NCBI RefSeq assembly: GCF_009914755.1
Contig: NC_060926.1
Length of the DNA stretch: 64,000 bases
From: the human T2T-CHM13v2.0 reference genome, Homo sapiens
Strand: one strand, 5' to 3'
Below the pieces are notes generated by a model. That model saw only the letters and a program-made list of their open reading frames with translations, had not been told where the DNA came from and ran no database searches. A program made the translations under genes and the position numbers. Positions 41,727 through 54,117 of this stretch are shown piece by piece. The number at the start of each line of letters is the position of its first letter. Positions within the stretch are counted from its first letter, which is position 1.

Positions 41727-42852
41727 GATCTCATCCAAGACACCACATTATGTCATGTCTCTTTAGGCTTTGCTTGGCTGTGGCAGTTTTTCAGATTTCC
41801 CTTATCTTCTGATGACTCAACAAAATTGAGGACTACTGGATAGGTGTTTTGTAAGATGTCCCGTTTTTTGGAATGTGTCTGAAGCTTTTCTTATGATAAC
41901 ACTAGGGTTATGTGTTACTGGCAGGAAGGTCACAGAGGTAAAGTGATATTTTCATCACATCTTATCAAGGGTACACAGTGTCAACAAGATTTATCACTGT
42001 TGATGTTGACCTTGGTCACCTGGCCGAGGTAGTGTTTTGTCAGGTTTCTCTACTGTAAAGTTACTCTTTTTTCTCCCTTTCCACATTGTGCATTTTGGAA
42101 GGAAGTTGCTATGCACAGCCCGCACCTAAGGAGTGGGGAGAGTTAGGCTCCTGCTCTTCAGGGTGAAAGATCTACATAAATTATTTGCAATTCATCTGTG
42201 TGGAAGATTTGTCTGTTTCCCCCCATTTATTAATTTATTTAATCATGTATTTATATCAGCATGACCTCATGGATATTTTATACATTGGATTATAATCCAT
42301 TACTACTCTATTTTGTTGCTCAGATTATTCTAGCATTGCCAGTGAAAACTCTTTGAGTTGGCATGTGTGTCCTTTTGAGAAACTACTGCAGAGTTCTCAT
42401 CTACCCCACACCAAGTTTTCCCATTATTAATATCCTATATTACACTATGGTACATTTGTTTCAATTAATGATCCAATAGTGATACATTATTATTAACTAC
42501 AGTCTATAGTTGATTCAGATTCTTTATGTTTTTTAACCTAATTTTTATTATTAAGTATAGTCTACAGTTGATTCAGATTCTTTTTTTTTTTTTAACTTCT
42601 TTTTTTGTTGTTCCAGGATGCTGTAGTAGTTTTCTATGGCTGCCATTAAAAATTTTTGTAGAAGTGGGTGGCTTATAACCTCATGTTATGAACTGAATTG
42701 TGTCCTCCTGAAATCCACAGTGTTGAAGCCCTAAACTCCAATATGACTGTATTTGGAGACAGGGCCTATAAGCAGATAATAAAGGTTAAATGAGGTGATA
42801 AGGGTAGGCTTTAATCCAATAGGACTAGTGTGCTTCTTATAAGAATAAGAAG

Positions 42853-43321
<469 letters not shown>

Positions 43322-44979
43322 CTACAAGCTAGGAAGACAGGCCTCTCCAGAAACCAACCCCCTGACATTACCTTGATCTTGGACTTCCAGCCTCCTGAAC
43401 CATAAGAAAATAAAATTCTATTATTTAAGCCATCCAGTCTGTGGTATTTTTTTTAAGACAGCCCTAGCAGACTAATACATCCCATCAATTTCTTTTTCAA
43501 GCACTTCCATATTTTCTGGCACTATAAGATGCTCCAGGCTTGTATATTTCCTGCCCAGTCCTAAAATCAGCCATTTGTTTTGAGGGAACGAACCCTGGTT
43601 CCTTTTATTAGAGAAAGATATTAGACACCAAGATCTGGGCAATGAAAAGGGTTTAAATAAGGAAAGTGAATGGTTTGGGAAGCTGAGAGGGAGAAGAGAG
43701 TTGCAGGCACAATGCCTATGAAAAAGGCAGGCAGGGAATTGCCCAGGTCAAGCAAAGATTTCCTGGTTAAAGATTCAAGTGGTTAAGGTGAAGAGAGATG
43801 AGTGAAGGGATATGAAGAGGACAAGCACAGAAGGTCCCAGAGTCAGCTGAGGAGGTCAAAGCGAAGGGCTTTGTTATTAGCTAAGCTACTGATTCTCAGC
43901 CATTGAGGAGGTCTTCAAGAAGTGATTAAAGATATCCATGTTCCATTGCCTGACCCACTTCCAAAGAACAACTATCTAGTCGATTGTGACTTCAGAGTCT
44001 GAGATCATAGATATCTTCAAGAAGTCCAAGCATGATGGGAGAACATATGGTATGGAATCTCCGAACTTACAGACCTTGCTGCCCAGCTCTAGCCATATAA
44101 TGAACTTGACCATCAGGTAACCAAGCTAGTGCCTCAGACAGCTTCATACTGAACACTAATGCCTGTCAGCCTTTCAAATTATATGGCCATTTAAATTGAT
44201 GGCTAGGATGACTGGTTGCACATCCATTCTGTCATTGAACTGGGCTCTTGTCTTTAAACTCAACTATTGAACTTTCTGAGCTTCCTCTGAGTGTTGTTCC
44301 ACATGCAGTCAGTCACATTTTAACATAAGTCATACATCATATCTTGGCAGCCAGGAATGACCAAACTTAAGCACCTTGCTGGCACAAAAAGAGGTCTTAA
44401 TGACTTGACTTTGGTCATATTGGGCAAAAGGGTAAAAGTGATTTGTCTCTGGGAGGCTGTGTACAGACTACAGATTATTGCAGGGAGAATTTGTACAACG
44501 TCTGGCACACAGAGCTCTGGAGTGTGAACACCTCACTTGGCATAGTTCTTGCCCCAATATGGCTTCCTCCTTTTTTCCATCCTTTTCCTCTCATCGAGCA
44601 CTTGAGCCTTTGTCTCATACCCTAGCTGTTCATGGCTTCTAAGTTCAATGTTCTATCTGGACCTTTCATCCTTCAAGGGCTCCAATTCAAAGGATCTTCT
44701 TGGTCTTCACCACTCATCAAAATTCCCATTTTCTGAGATTCTAATCTCATCAAGATGTTGGGAGAATGCATTTTGCTTAGTTGGTTAAAGAAGTCCATCA
44801 TAGATGGTGAATAACTTATAGGCATTAATACATTAATTAACACATATTATGAATACATTAAATGCACGCTATTTTCAACCACATCTGATTTGTGTGTGTG
44901 CGTGCATGCATGTGTGTACACACATGCATGCACACAGGCACTCTTCCCATGACTTGTGTTCAACCTGAAGGTTGTAGAT

Positions 44980-45232
44980 CATGGTGATTAGGAGGGCAGG
45001 CTCTGGAGTTAGTCTACTGAGTTTTATATCTGGACTCAGTCTCATATTACTTGTGACACTGTATGAAAGCTCCTAAGGCTTTCCAAGTATTAGTGTGTCT
45101 TCATCTCTACAATAGGTCTAGTAATAAAGGCTGTCATTTTAGGTTATTGTGGAGTGAGATGAGATGATACATGTAAAGCACTTCAAGGAGTGTCTGGTGC
45201 ACGGTAAGCTGTCAAGTAAATGTTAGTTATTA
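44980..45232 (+). mobile_element. MIR
   Basis: ggctctggagttagtc...gagatgatacatgtaaagcactt...taaatgttagttatt. Confidence 0.7.
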
Positions 45233-45419
45233 TGATAGTGGGTAATTGAGACAGTCATCCTCCCATCCTGCCTCTGCTTTGAATGTCAGAAAGGTGGGAC
45301 ACAACTTGATATTCCTTTCTCAAAAATTTCTTGCTGATGAGAGACACATCTTTTGTTTTGTCCATGAGCAGATTGCAAAATTCCAAGAAGTCAGCATCTT
45401 ACCTTAATTTGAAGGTTTG

Positions 45420-45788
45420 TGCTATGGACTAAACTGTGTTCCCTCAAAATTCGTATGTTGAAGCCCTAACTTCCAATGAGATAGTATCTGGAGATGAAAC
45501 CTTTGGGAGGTAATTAGATTTAGATGAAGTCATGAGGGTAGGGCCCCATAATGAGATTAGTACCCTTAAAAAGAAGAGCCACCAGAGAGCTCACTCTCTC
45601 CCTGCCATGTGAGGACACAGTGAGAAGGTGGCCATCTACAAGTCAGGAAGAGAGCCCTCACCAGAAACCAATTATGCTGACACCCTGATCTTCGACTTCC
45701 GGCCTTCGGAAATGTGAGAAATAAATGTTTGTTCTTTAAGTCACCCGGTCTATGGCATTTTAGTATGGCAGCCTGGATGACTAATATA
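45420..45788 (+). mobile_element. MLT1A0 solo LTR
   Basis: tgctatggactaaactgtgttcc...gactaatata; perfect TSD gtttg. Confidence 0.9.
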
Positions 45789-46796
45789 GTTTGAGTGATA
45801 GCATGTCCTTACAACTATCCAAGTATTAAATATCAGAACTTTTCAGTGAACTGGTAGAAACTTAGCTAATTCAGTTTTATCTTAATAGTAAAGCTAAGGC
45901 TTAATCCATTGACATGTGATCAGGCTAACTATGTTAATTATAGCAACGGGCCACAACCCCAGTCAGATTTCTTTCAGATGAATCATAAAATTATTATCTC
46001 TGAACTGGATAAGAACTTAGGAGTCATTTGATCTATCTTCCCATGTGGCAGATAAGGTCACTGAAGCCCAGGGTAGTTAGAGGTTTAGCATAAGTCACAC
46101 AGCTGGAGCCCAGATTTTCTCCCTCCATGCCAGTGTTCCCCTCACACAAGGCCTTAGTGTATATCTTCAGTCACAAGGAGGCCCTGGAGGGGCTGTAGAG
46201 ATGAATTAGCCCAAATTAGTGCTCCTAGAAAGAGTGCAAAGATTTCTTTTCTAAAGGGTCTTTACATACATTTGAGAAAACACTGTGTAGCAGCATTGAC
46301 TTTTTATTTTCGCTGTAACTTAGAAAGTCAAGGAAACTGTAGCTTATTTTCTTTAAATAATAGATTTAAACTTCCTCCTGAGCTCCTACTCCTTCAGGGG
46401 GTTAGGGATATGGGGAGTGGTGGGACTGGCACAGGGGGCGGGGCCACCTACATCTGCCAACAGACAGTATCACTGTCTCTTCCATTTAAACAGTTTCTTC
46501 TAGATCATTTGGATTATTTGGGGTTGGTCTTTTGAATTTCTTTCCTCTCTTCCTGCTCCTTCCCAGGATGGACTCGAATCTGTGTGCAGGTTTGTGGTCT
46601 GGCCCTTGGCCTATGTGTCTCAGTTGCACCTGGACCCATATCGCCTTTGCGTGCACAGATCAGGTAATCTGGCCCTAGCCCAGGTATCCACTAGCTCACT
46701 GATTCTTTCAGTGGCTTCTGTCCCTTTACTGAGGCATGTGGGAACTTTTGGCTCCTCTATCCCAGCGACAGGCATGTTGCATCCCTCAGACCAAAG

Positions 46797-46972
46797 CCTG
46801 TTTTTTAAAATAAAGTTTTATTGGAACACGGCCATACTTGTTTATTTACATACAGACTACAGCTGCTTTTATGCTAAAACAATAGTATTGAATAATTGTG
46901 ACAGAGACTTTCTTGTCCACAAAGCCAAACATATTTACTTGTAAGCCCTTTACGGAAAAGTTTGCTGACTAC
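46797..46972 (-). mobile_element. MER58 fragment
   Basis: aataaagttttattggaacacggccat...ccctttacggaaaagtttgctgac. Confidence 0.75.
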
Positions 46973-47177
46973 TGCTGTCTAATAGAACTTTCTATGATGA
47001 CGGAAACATTTTTTATTTGTGCTGTACAGTGCAGTAGTCTTGAGCCATACATAGTTATTGAGCACTTGAAATGTGGCTAATGCAGCTAAGAAAACACATT
47101 TTAAATTACATTTAAGCTTGGTTACTTTAAATTTAAGGAGCCTGTGTGGCTAGTGGCTACCATATTGGACAGTGTAG
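46973..47177. mobile_element. MER3
   Basis: tgctgtctaatagaactttct...gagcacttgaaatgtggcta...gtggctagtggctaccatattggacagtg. Confidence 0.85.
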
Positions 47178-47944
47178 TTCTAGATGCTGAATGGGCCTTG
47201 GGGAGCCAGGAATTCTACCTTCTGGTCTTCTCCCTGGCCATTTCTCTATTAGTGCTCCTGGGACATGTATCCACGTGCAAGGTTTTTAACCAGGGGTTTG
47301 CATCTTTTCTCAGGCACAGTGGGGAAAACATGCTATTAAACCCTGCTGTTCCAGATTCTTCCATAGCTAGCAAAGGTTTAATGTCCAGCACTATCTACCC
47401 TACCCCAATGTTTGACCCAAGGATAGGACACAAAGAGGCAATTCTGTAGCACTCTCCTTTTTACACTATCCCTTGGGTCCAGGAGGGCAGGAATTCCCTC
47501 CTTTTTCATGTGGCTAGGACTTCCCTTATAGGATGCTGTATCTTCTTCTGAGATAACACTTGTTATTTTCCCGTCAGAGGACTATCCAATGGATGAGGTG
47601 CAGAGATAGAAACCAGCTGAACTATAAGGGAGATCCAGCATACTGGCATTCCAAAATACTGTTCTTGATAGGACTGCTATATTACCTCAATTTATGAGAG
47701 GTGTGAAACTTGACTATGCTCAGATTCAATGCACATTTGTTGGGTATCTGATACGTTTCAAGCACTCAATCCACTGTTAGGAAGTACCCAATCTGCTCCC
47801 CTGCCCCTCTTTTCTGTTATTCTCCTGCATCCCCAAGCTGACAAACACAGTTTCACAATCATCCCTTTGAGCCTGATTTCAGCAGTTGTAGAGGGAATAC
47901 TTGCAATATAAGTGTAGCCTTTTCTTGAATGATTTAACTTTTTT

Positions 47945-48215
47945 TTCTGAACAATTACCTTTTCTGGAGAGCTATTCTTCATCACCTCATTTAGGCCCAC
48001 ATCACTCACCTGTCCTCTTTCCCTGCTTTACTTTTCCCCAAAGCACTTTATCACCTGACAAACTCTGCAATTACCTAATGAACTCATTTTCTGTCTGCCT
48101 CTTTAGAATATAGGCTACACAACAGCAGGAATTCTATTTGATTCATTGCTGTATTCTTATTACACAGAGCAGTGCCTGACAGAAAGTAGGTACTCAAATA
48201 TTTTTGAATAAGTAA
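47945..48215 (+). mobile_element. L2 3' end
   Basis: ttcattgctgtattc...gagcagtgcctgacagaaagtaggtactcaaatatttttgaat. Confidence 0.65.
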
Positions 48216-48265
48216 AAGAATCAGGATTATACCTTGTAGTATAACTATGATGTCTGAAAAACCAG

Positions 48266-51200
48266 GAGCCGCTCACTGCATGGTAGAGTCTGGTGTTCCC
48301 ACTGGCTGCTTGCAACATGGCCACCGCCACCCAGCAACAACCATCTCTGCCTCCTGCCCTGCAGCCTCTGCCACTGCTGCCTGGGGACCAGCTGTAGGAT
48401 TAGGCCACCATTTTCTTTTCTTTTTTTTTTTATACTTTAAGTTCTGGGGTACATGTGCAGAATGTGTAGTTTTGTTACATAGGTATACATGTGCTATGGT
48501 GGTTTGCCGCACCCATCAGCCCATAACCTACATTGGGTATTTCTCCTAATGTTATCCCTCCCTTAGCCTCCACCCCCCGACAGGTCTTGGCGTGTGATGT
48601 TCCCCTCTCTATGTCTGTGTGTTCTCATTGTTCAACTCCCACTTATGAGTGAGAACATATGGTGTTTGGTTTTCTGTTCTTGTGATAGTTTGCTGAGAAT
48701 GATGGTTTCCAGCTTCATCCTTGTCCCTGCAAAGGACATAAACTCATTCTTTTGTATGGCTGCATAGTATTCCATGGTGTATATGTGCCAATTTTCTTTA
48801 TCCAGTCTATTATTGATGGACATTTGGGTTGGTTCCAAATCTTTGCTATTGTGAATAGTGCTGCAGTAAACATACGTGTGCATGTGTCTTTATAGTAGAA
48901 TGATTTGTAATCCTTTCAGTATATACCCAGTAATGGGATTGCTGGGTCAAATGGTATTTCTAGTTCTAGATCCTTGAAGAATTGCCACACTGTGTTCCAC
49001 AATGGTTGAACTAGTTTACAGTCCCACCAACAGTGTAAAAGTGTTTCTATTTCTCCACATCCTCTCCAGCATCTGTTGTTTCCTGACTTTTTAATGATCG
49101 CCATTCTAACTGGTGTGAGATGGTATCTCATTGTGGTTTTGATTTGCATTTCTCTAATGACCAGTGATGATGAGCATTTTTTTCATGTTTGTTGGCCACA
49201 TGAATATCTTCTTTTGAGAAGTGTCTGTTCATATCCTTCACCCACTTTTTGATGGGTTTTTTTTTTCTTGTAAATTTAAGTTCTTTGTAGATTGTGGATA
49301 TTAACCCTTTGTCAGATGGATAGATTGCAAAATTTTCTCCCCATTCTGTGGGTTGCCTGTTTACTCTGATGATAGTTTCTTTTGCTGTGCAGAAGCTCTT
49401 TAGTTTAATTAGATCCCATTTGTCAATTTTGGCTTTTGTTGCCATTGCTTTTGGTGTTTTAGTCATGAAGTCTTTGCTCATGCCTATGTCCTGAATGGTA
49501 TTGCCCAGGTTTTCTTCTAGGATTTTTATGGTCCTAAGTCTTACGTTTAAGTCTTTGATACATCTTGAGTTGATTTTTGTATAAGGTGTAAGGAAGGGGT
49601 CCAGTTTCAGTTTTCTGCATATGGCTAGCCAGTTTTCCCAACACCATTTATTAAATAGGAATCTTTTCCCCATTGCTTTTTTGTGTCAGGTTTGTCAAAG
49701 ATCAGATGGTTGTAGATGTGCAATGCTATTTCTGAGACCTCTGTTCTATTCCATTGGTCTATATATCTGTTTTGGTACCAGTACCATGCTGTTTTGGTTA
49801 CTGTAGCCTTGTAGTATAGTTTGAAGTCAGGTAGCGTGATGCTTCCGAATAGGAACAGCTCCGGTCTGCAGCTCCCAGTGAGATCGACGCAGTAGGCCAC
49901 CATTTTCAATGCATAAACACATTCCTCAGTTCTGTGGTGTTCTTGGTCACATATTTATGGAGTTTCTGAAGGGCAGTGGAGATCACTGCCAGGCATAGCA
50001 TGACCTCTATGCAAACAAGGAAACTGTAGAAATTCATTACTACTCTACCAAGAAGCACCCATTGTCCTGGACACAGAAGTGTTGAATTGAAACCCATAGG
50101 GCATTTTACAAGAGTTCTGACCTAGATAGGGTAAACCTCAGTGTGCTTCCTTTCTGTTGCCTCAGTATTACTGGATTGAAGAAGTGTCGCTTCTTGTTAG
50201 GAGGTTCATTTCATTTATTGTTACTTACAACTTCATACTCAAAGCACTGAGAATTTCAAGTGGAGTATATTGAAGTAGACTTCAGTTTCTTTGCATCATT
50301 TCTGTATTCAACTTTTAAAATTCTTTCATAACCCTATTGAGTGTCTTTTAACTAAATTAACATGGCTCAAATGAACTGTCCAGCTGCTGTGGAAGTCACA
50401 TACAAGAACATGAGGATTTCTTACTACACACAACCCAACCAATGTGACCTTAAACAAATTCGTAGAGGAACTTAAGAAGTATGGAGTTTTCACAATAGAT
50501 AAGAGTATGTAAAGCAACTTATGACACTACTCTTCTGGAGAAAGAAGGTACCCATGTTCTCGATAGGCCTTTTGATGATGGTGCACCACCATCCAACCAG
50601 ATTGATGACTGGTTAAGTCTTGTGAAAATTAAGTTTCATAAAGAACCTCATTGTTGTACTGCTGTTCATTGCATTGCAGGCCTTGGGAGAGCTCCAGTAC
50701 TTGTTGCCCTAGCATTAATTGAAGGCAAAATGAAAGATGATGATGCAGTACAATTCGCAAGAAAAAAGCAGTATGGAGCTTTTAACAGCAAGTTAACTTT
50801 TGTATTTGGAGAAGTATCATCCTTAAAGATGTGGCTGCACTTCAAAGACTCCAGTGGTCATAGATACAACTGTTGCAGTCAATAAAACTGGGGTCCCTGA
50901 TGCTATTGCCTTGGAAGTGGAACTTGAGATAGGACCTGATTTGTTATACTTATTAGCCAACATGTTGGCTTTGAGTAAGTCTAATGAAACTTCCATAGGA
51001 GTACTGAAAGGCAGTTTTACCAGGCCACAAGCTAGACAGATTTGGCAACCTCTGTGTTTGGGTTACAGTCAACCTATTTGGACACTTGGCAAAAGATTCT
51101 TGCTGTTAGCATTTAAAATGTGCCTGTCGTTTGTACCAACTGACCTTTCCCGAAATCATGCAGTATTGAGTTATGTCTTGTTTAAATCTATTTGCTTGCC

Positions 51201-52205
51201 AGAATCTTATCAATATATAAGAAAATTAGGAAGATTAGGTGCCACCCGGCACAATACTTGTGTATTTTTAGTACCATACAGAACTAAAATCCCAGGAACT
51301 ATGAACACTCTAGACCTTATGTAGTTTATTCCTTCAATCATTTCAAACATTGAAAGTAGGGCCTACATAGTGATTTGCCTGCTCACTCCATGTTTTCATC
51401 TCCCACATTCATGCTAGCAAATATCAGATTTGTTTAACCATTGATTCTTTTTTTTTTTTTTTTACCATGTCTTACAGTGATTATTTAATGTGTTTCAATA
51501 AATCTTACTTTGTGCTGTTATGAAAAGCCTCCATTAAAAAAAATCTACATTGTATAGAAGCATGTGTCTTTAATGTCTTCAGACAGAAAGGCCTTACAGT
51601 TCATTTAATGTTTGCAATCTGAGGTGCAACTTCACAGGCAGGGACTGAGAAAAGAATGGGAGGGGGCTATTCATTATTTTTAGCAAAATTTTGCCTTTGT
51701 CTTGTGCAGAGCATGTGGGATATGCCCTTTAATTTAGTAAAATATTTTTTAAAGGTAGAGATGATTTGTTATTGTAGCCAAAACAATTCTTAATCATAAA
51801 ATTTCTAAAATTATTGTAATTTTTTCCATATTTATCAGAAGTTGTTTACCAACTTATTTTTGTTTGAAAGTGATTTTTTATTTCCTTCTCTTCCTAACCA
51901 TTCTTGCAAAAAAAAGAAGCAGGTTTCTGCTAATGAATTGAGCAGACATCTAATTTTTATATGCCTTTTGAGCTGTGCAACTTAATATTTGGATACTTGA
52001 TAATTTGTTTTATTATGTAATTGATAAAATGGTGATGTGTATTAAGGTTAGTTCAACCATATATTTATACTGTCTGGGGATGTGTGGTTTTAGTTCTGTG
52101 GGAGAAATAATTTGTCAGTGTTCATCAGCTTGTAAAAACTTAGTGTGAGAGCTTAAACATCTAAATAAATAGTGAAATGCATTTATCATCAAAAAAAAAA
52201 AAAAA
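48266..52205 (+). pseudogene. Processed pseudogene of PTP4A1 (PRL-1 protein tyrosine phosphatase)
   Basis: Intronless CDS remnant 50362-50885 ([18 protein letters not shown]...[12 protein letters not shown]...[19 protein letters not shown]...NCCSQ*) with several frameshifts; 5'UTR matches recalled PTP4A1 mRNA (gagccgctcactgcatggtagagtctggtg); 3'UTR ends in aataaa plus poly(A) at 52191-52205. The specific PTP4A1P number cannot be determined. Confidence 0.95.
48416..49892 (-). mobile_element. L1PA6-8, 5'-truncated with an inverted 5'UTR fragment
   Basis: Poly-T, then antisense 3'UTR and ORF2 C-terminus ([24 protein letters not shown]...HCWWDCK); perfect TSD taggccaccattttc at 48401-48415 and 49893-49907. 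Confidence 0.96.
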
Positions 52206-53555
52206 GAGAGAGAGAGAAAAAGAAACAAACCAAACTTCTTCCCTATCAGGAGTGAAGACAAAGAAAGACAAATGAGATGAAGGATATAGGGAATTCCTCT
52301 TCACTGCCTTTGTGGGGAGAGGGAGAAGCAAAAGTTGTAAAGGAATATGGAATCCTACGTGCATCAGGGATTGGAAAACCAAAACTTTCAGAAGATGAAT
52401 GGTGTCCCATTATGGGCAGAGAAGATTTACAAATCGATGTGTTCAGATTGCCAGATTCCAAGTTTTTACCATGCCCATTTTTTATTTCATTACAAATACT
52501 GTGCCCCAGAATAATTCCTGAAACTCACTTATTTACCTATAATTTCAGTAGTTATCAATGATTGGAGGTATATTTTATTTTTAAATAAAATAATTAGGGT
52601 TATGTTTCTGTTTGGAATGAACTAAAATGTTTTCAATTTATTTTTCACCTTAGCATCTTTAAGTTGCAATAAAACAGGCCTAGCAAGTAAAATTTCTAAA
52701 GAGTTATTTCAAATGAAATTATATATATTTTATCTACATTATGTCACATATGTTATATTACATATTATACATATTTATAAACCATAAAGTATTCTGCATT
52801 AATAAGGCATTGCTACTGTTATTATTATTAGCAATTCTGTAAAAACTTTGAAATAACTTTGAATAATCTTTTTTCCCCCCTTGCCAAGAGTGTGAAATTA
52901 TTTAAGAATTGGACATGGCCTAACATTTAGTTACTTAATGAAAATGGCATAGATTTCCCATTCTGGTGAAGTGATAGAAATCTCTACAACCTCATCTGTT
53001 GGAAAGTAATGGCTCTGAAAATGCAAAAGAAGGGAGAATAGGAGAATCAATTAAATTGTTCTTATAGTACTAATTACAAATTGTGAAGCACTGGTTTTGT
53101 TTTAGGAGATTTTGAATGGGATTTTACATTAAGGCATACTTAATATCAGGCTAGTTAACCCGAGGAGAAACAAGTCTGAGTAAGCATTTGGTTATTTTCT
53201 TGCCTCAGAGAATTACCTGAACATATTTATTCCAACGATCTTGATTTTATGTAAATGAGCAAAATCTGTGCAATACAAACAGCCCAAATTCAAAGCAAAT
53301 GTTTGAGAAAAATCACCACTAAAGGAAAGTTTATGTATTACCTCCCCCGCTGTTCTGTTTGACTATGACAGAGACGGGGGCAGGGGCAGAAGTAGCCATT
53401 TAAGCATGCTGTTTCCTCACCTGTAAAATGAAGTGGTTAAATGGTTAAGGACCACACGCTCAGATGCTTGTGTGGGCCCAGCATATATTTGTATGAAGTT
53501 TGCTGCTGAGCTTAAGATCCTATGGAGTTACTGAGGACTATGATAAATAGAATAG

Positions 53556-53898
<343 letters not shown>

Positions 53899-54117
53899 TC
53901 AAACTCAAAATTTTAAGGCTTTTTGCTGTCCAGAGGCTAGTCGCCTCTGGAACAAATGATTGCCAAGGTACAATAAGACACATTTCATGAACTCCTATCT
54001 TTTAGGAAACTGCTTTTGATGTCCACCTGTGCAAGTTCTTGATTTAGTGCCCATGAGATCCAAAGTCATCCTTTTTGCTTGCTCCATGAAATGAAGCTGG
54101 GCCATTTAGTTTTCAGT

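Noticed and set aside
50622-50885. Intact phosphatase gene
   Set aside because: Intronless, frameshifted and poly(A)-tailed, so it is a retrocopy.
50854-51324. 156-aa ORF after the pseudogene CDS
   Set aside because: It lies in the PTP4A1 3'UTR copy, starts at a non-ATG codon and is most likely a chance frame.
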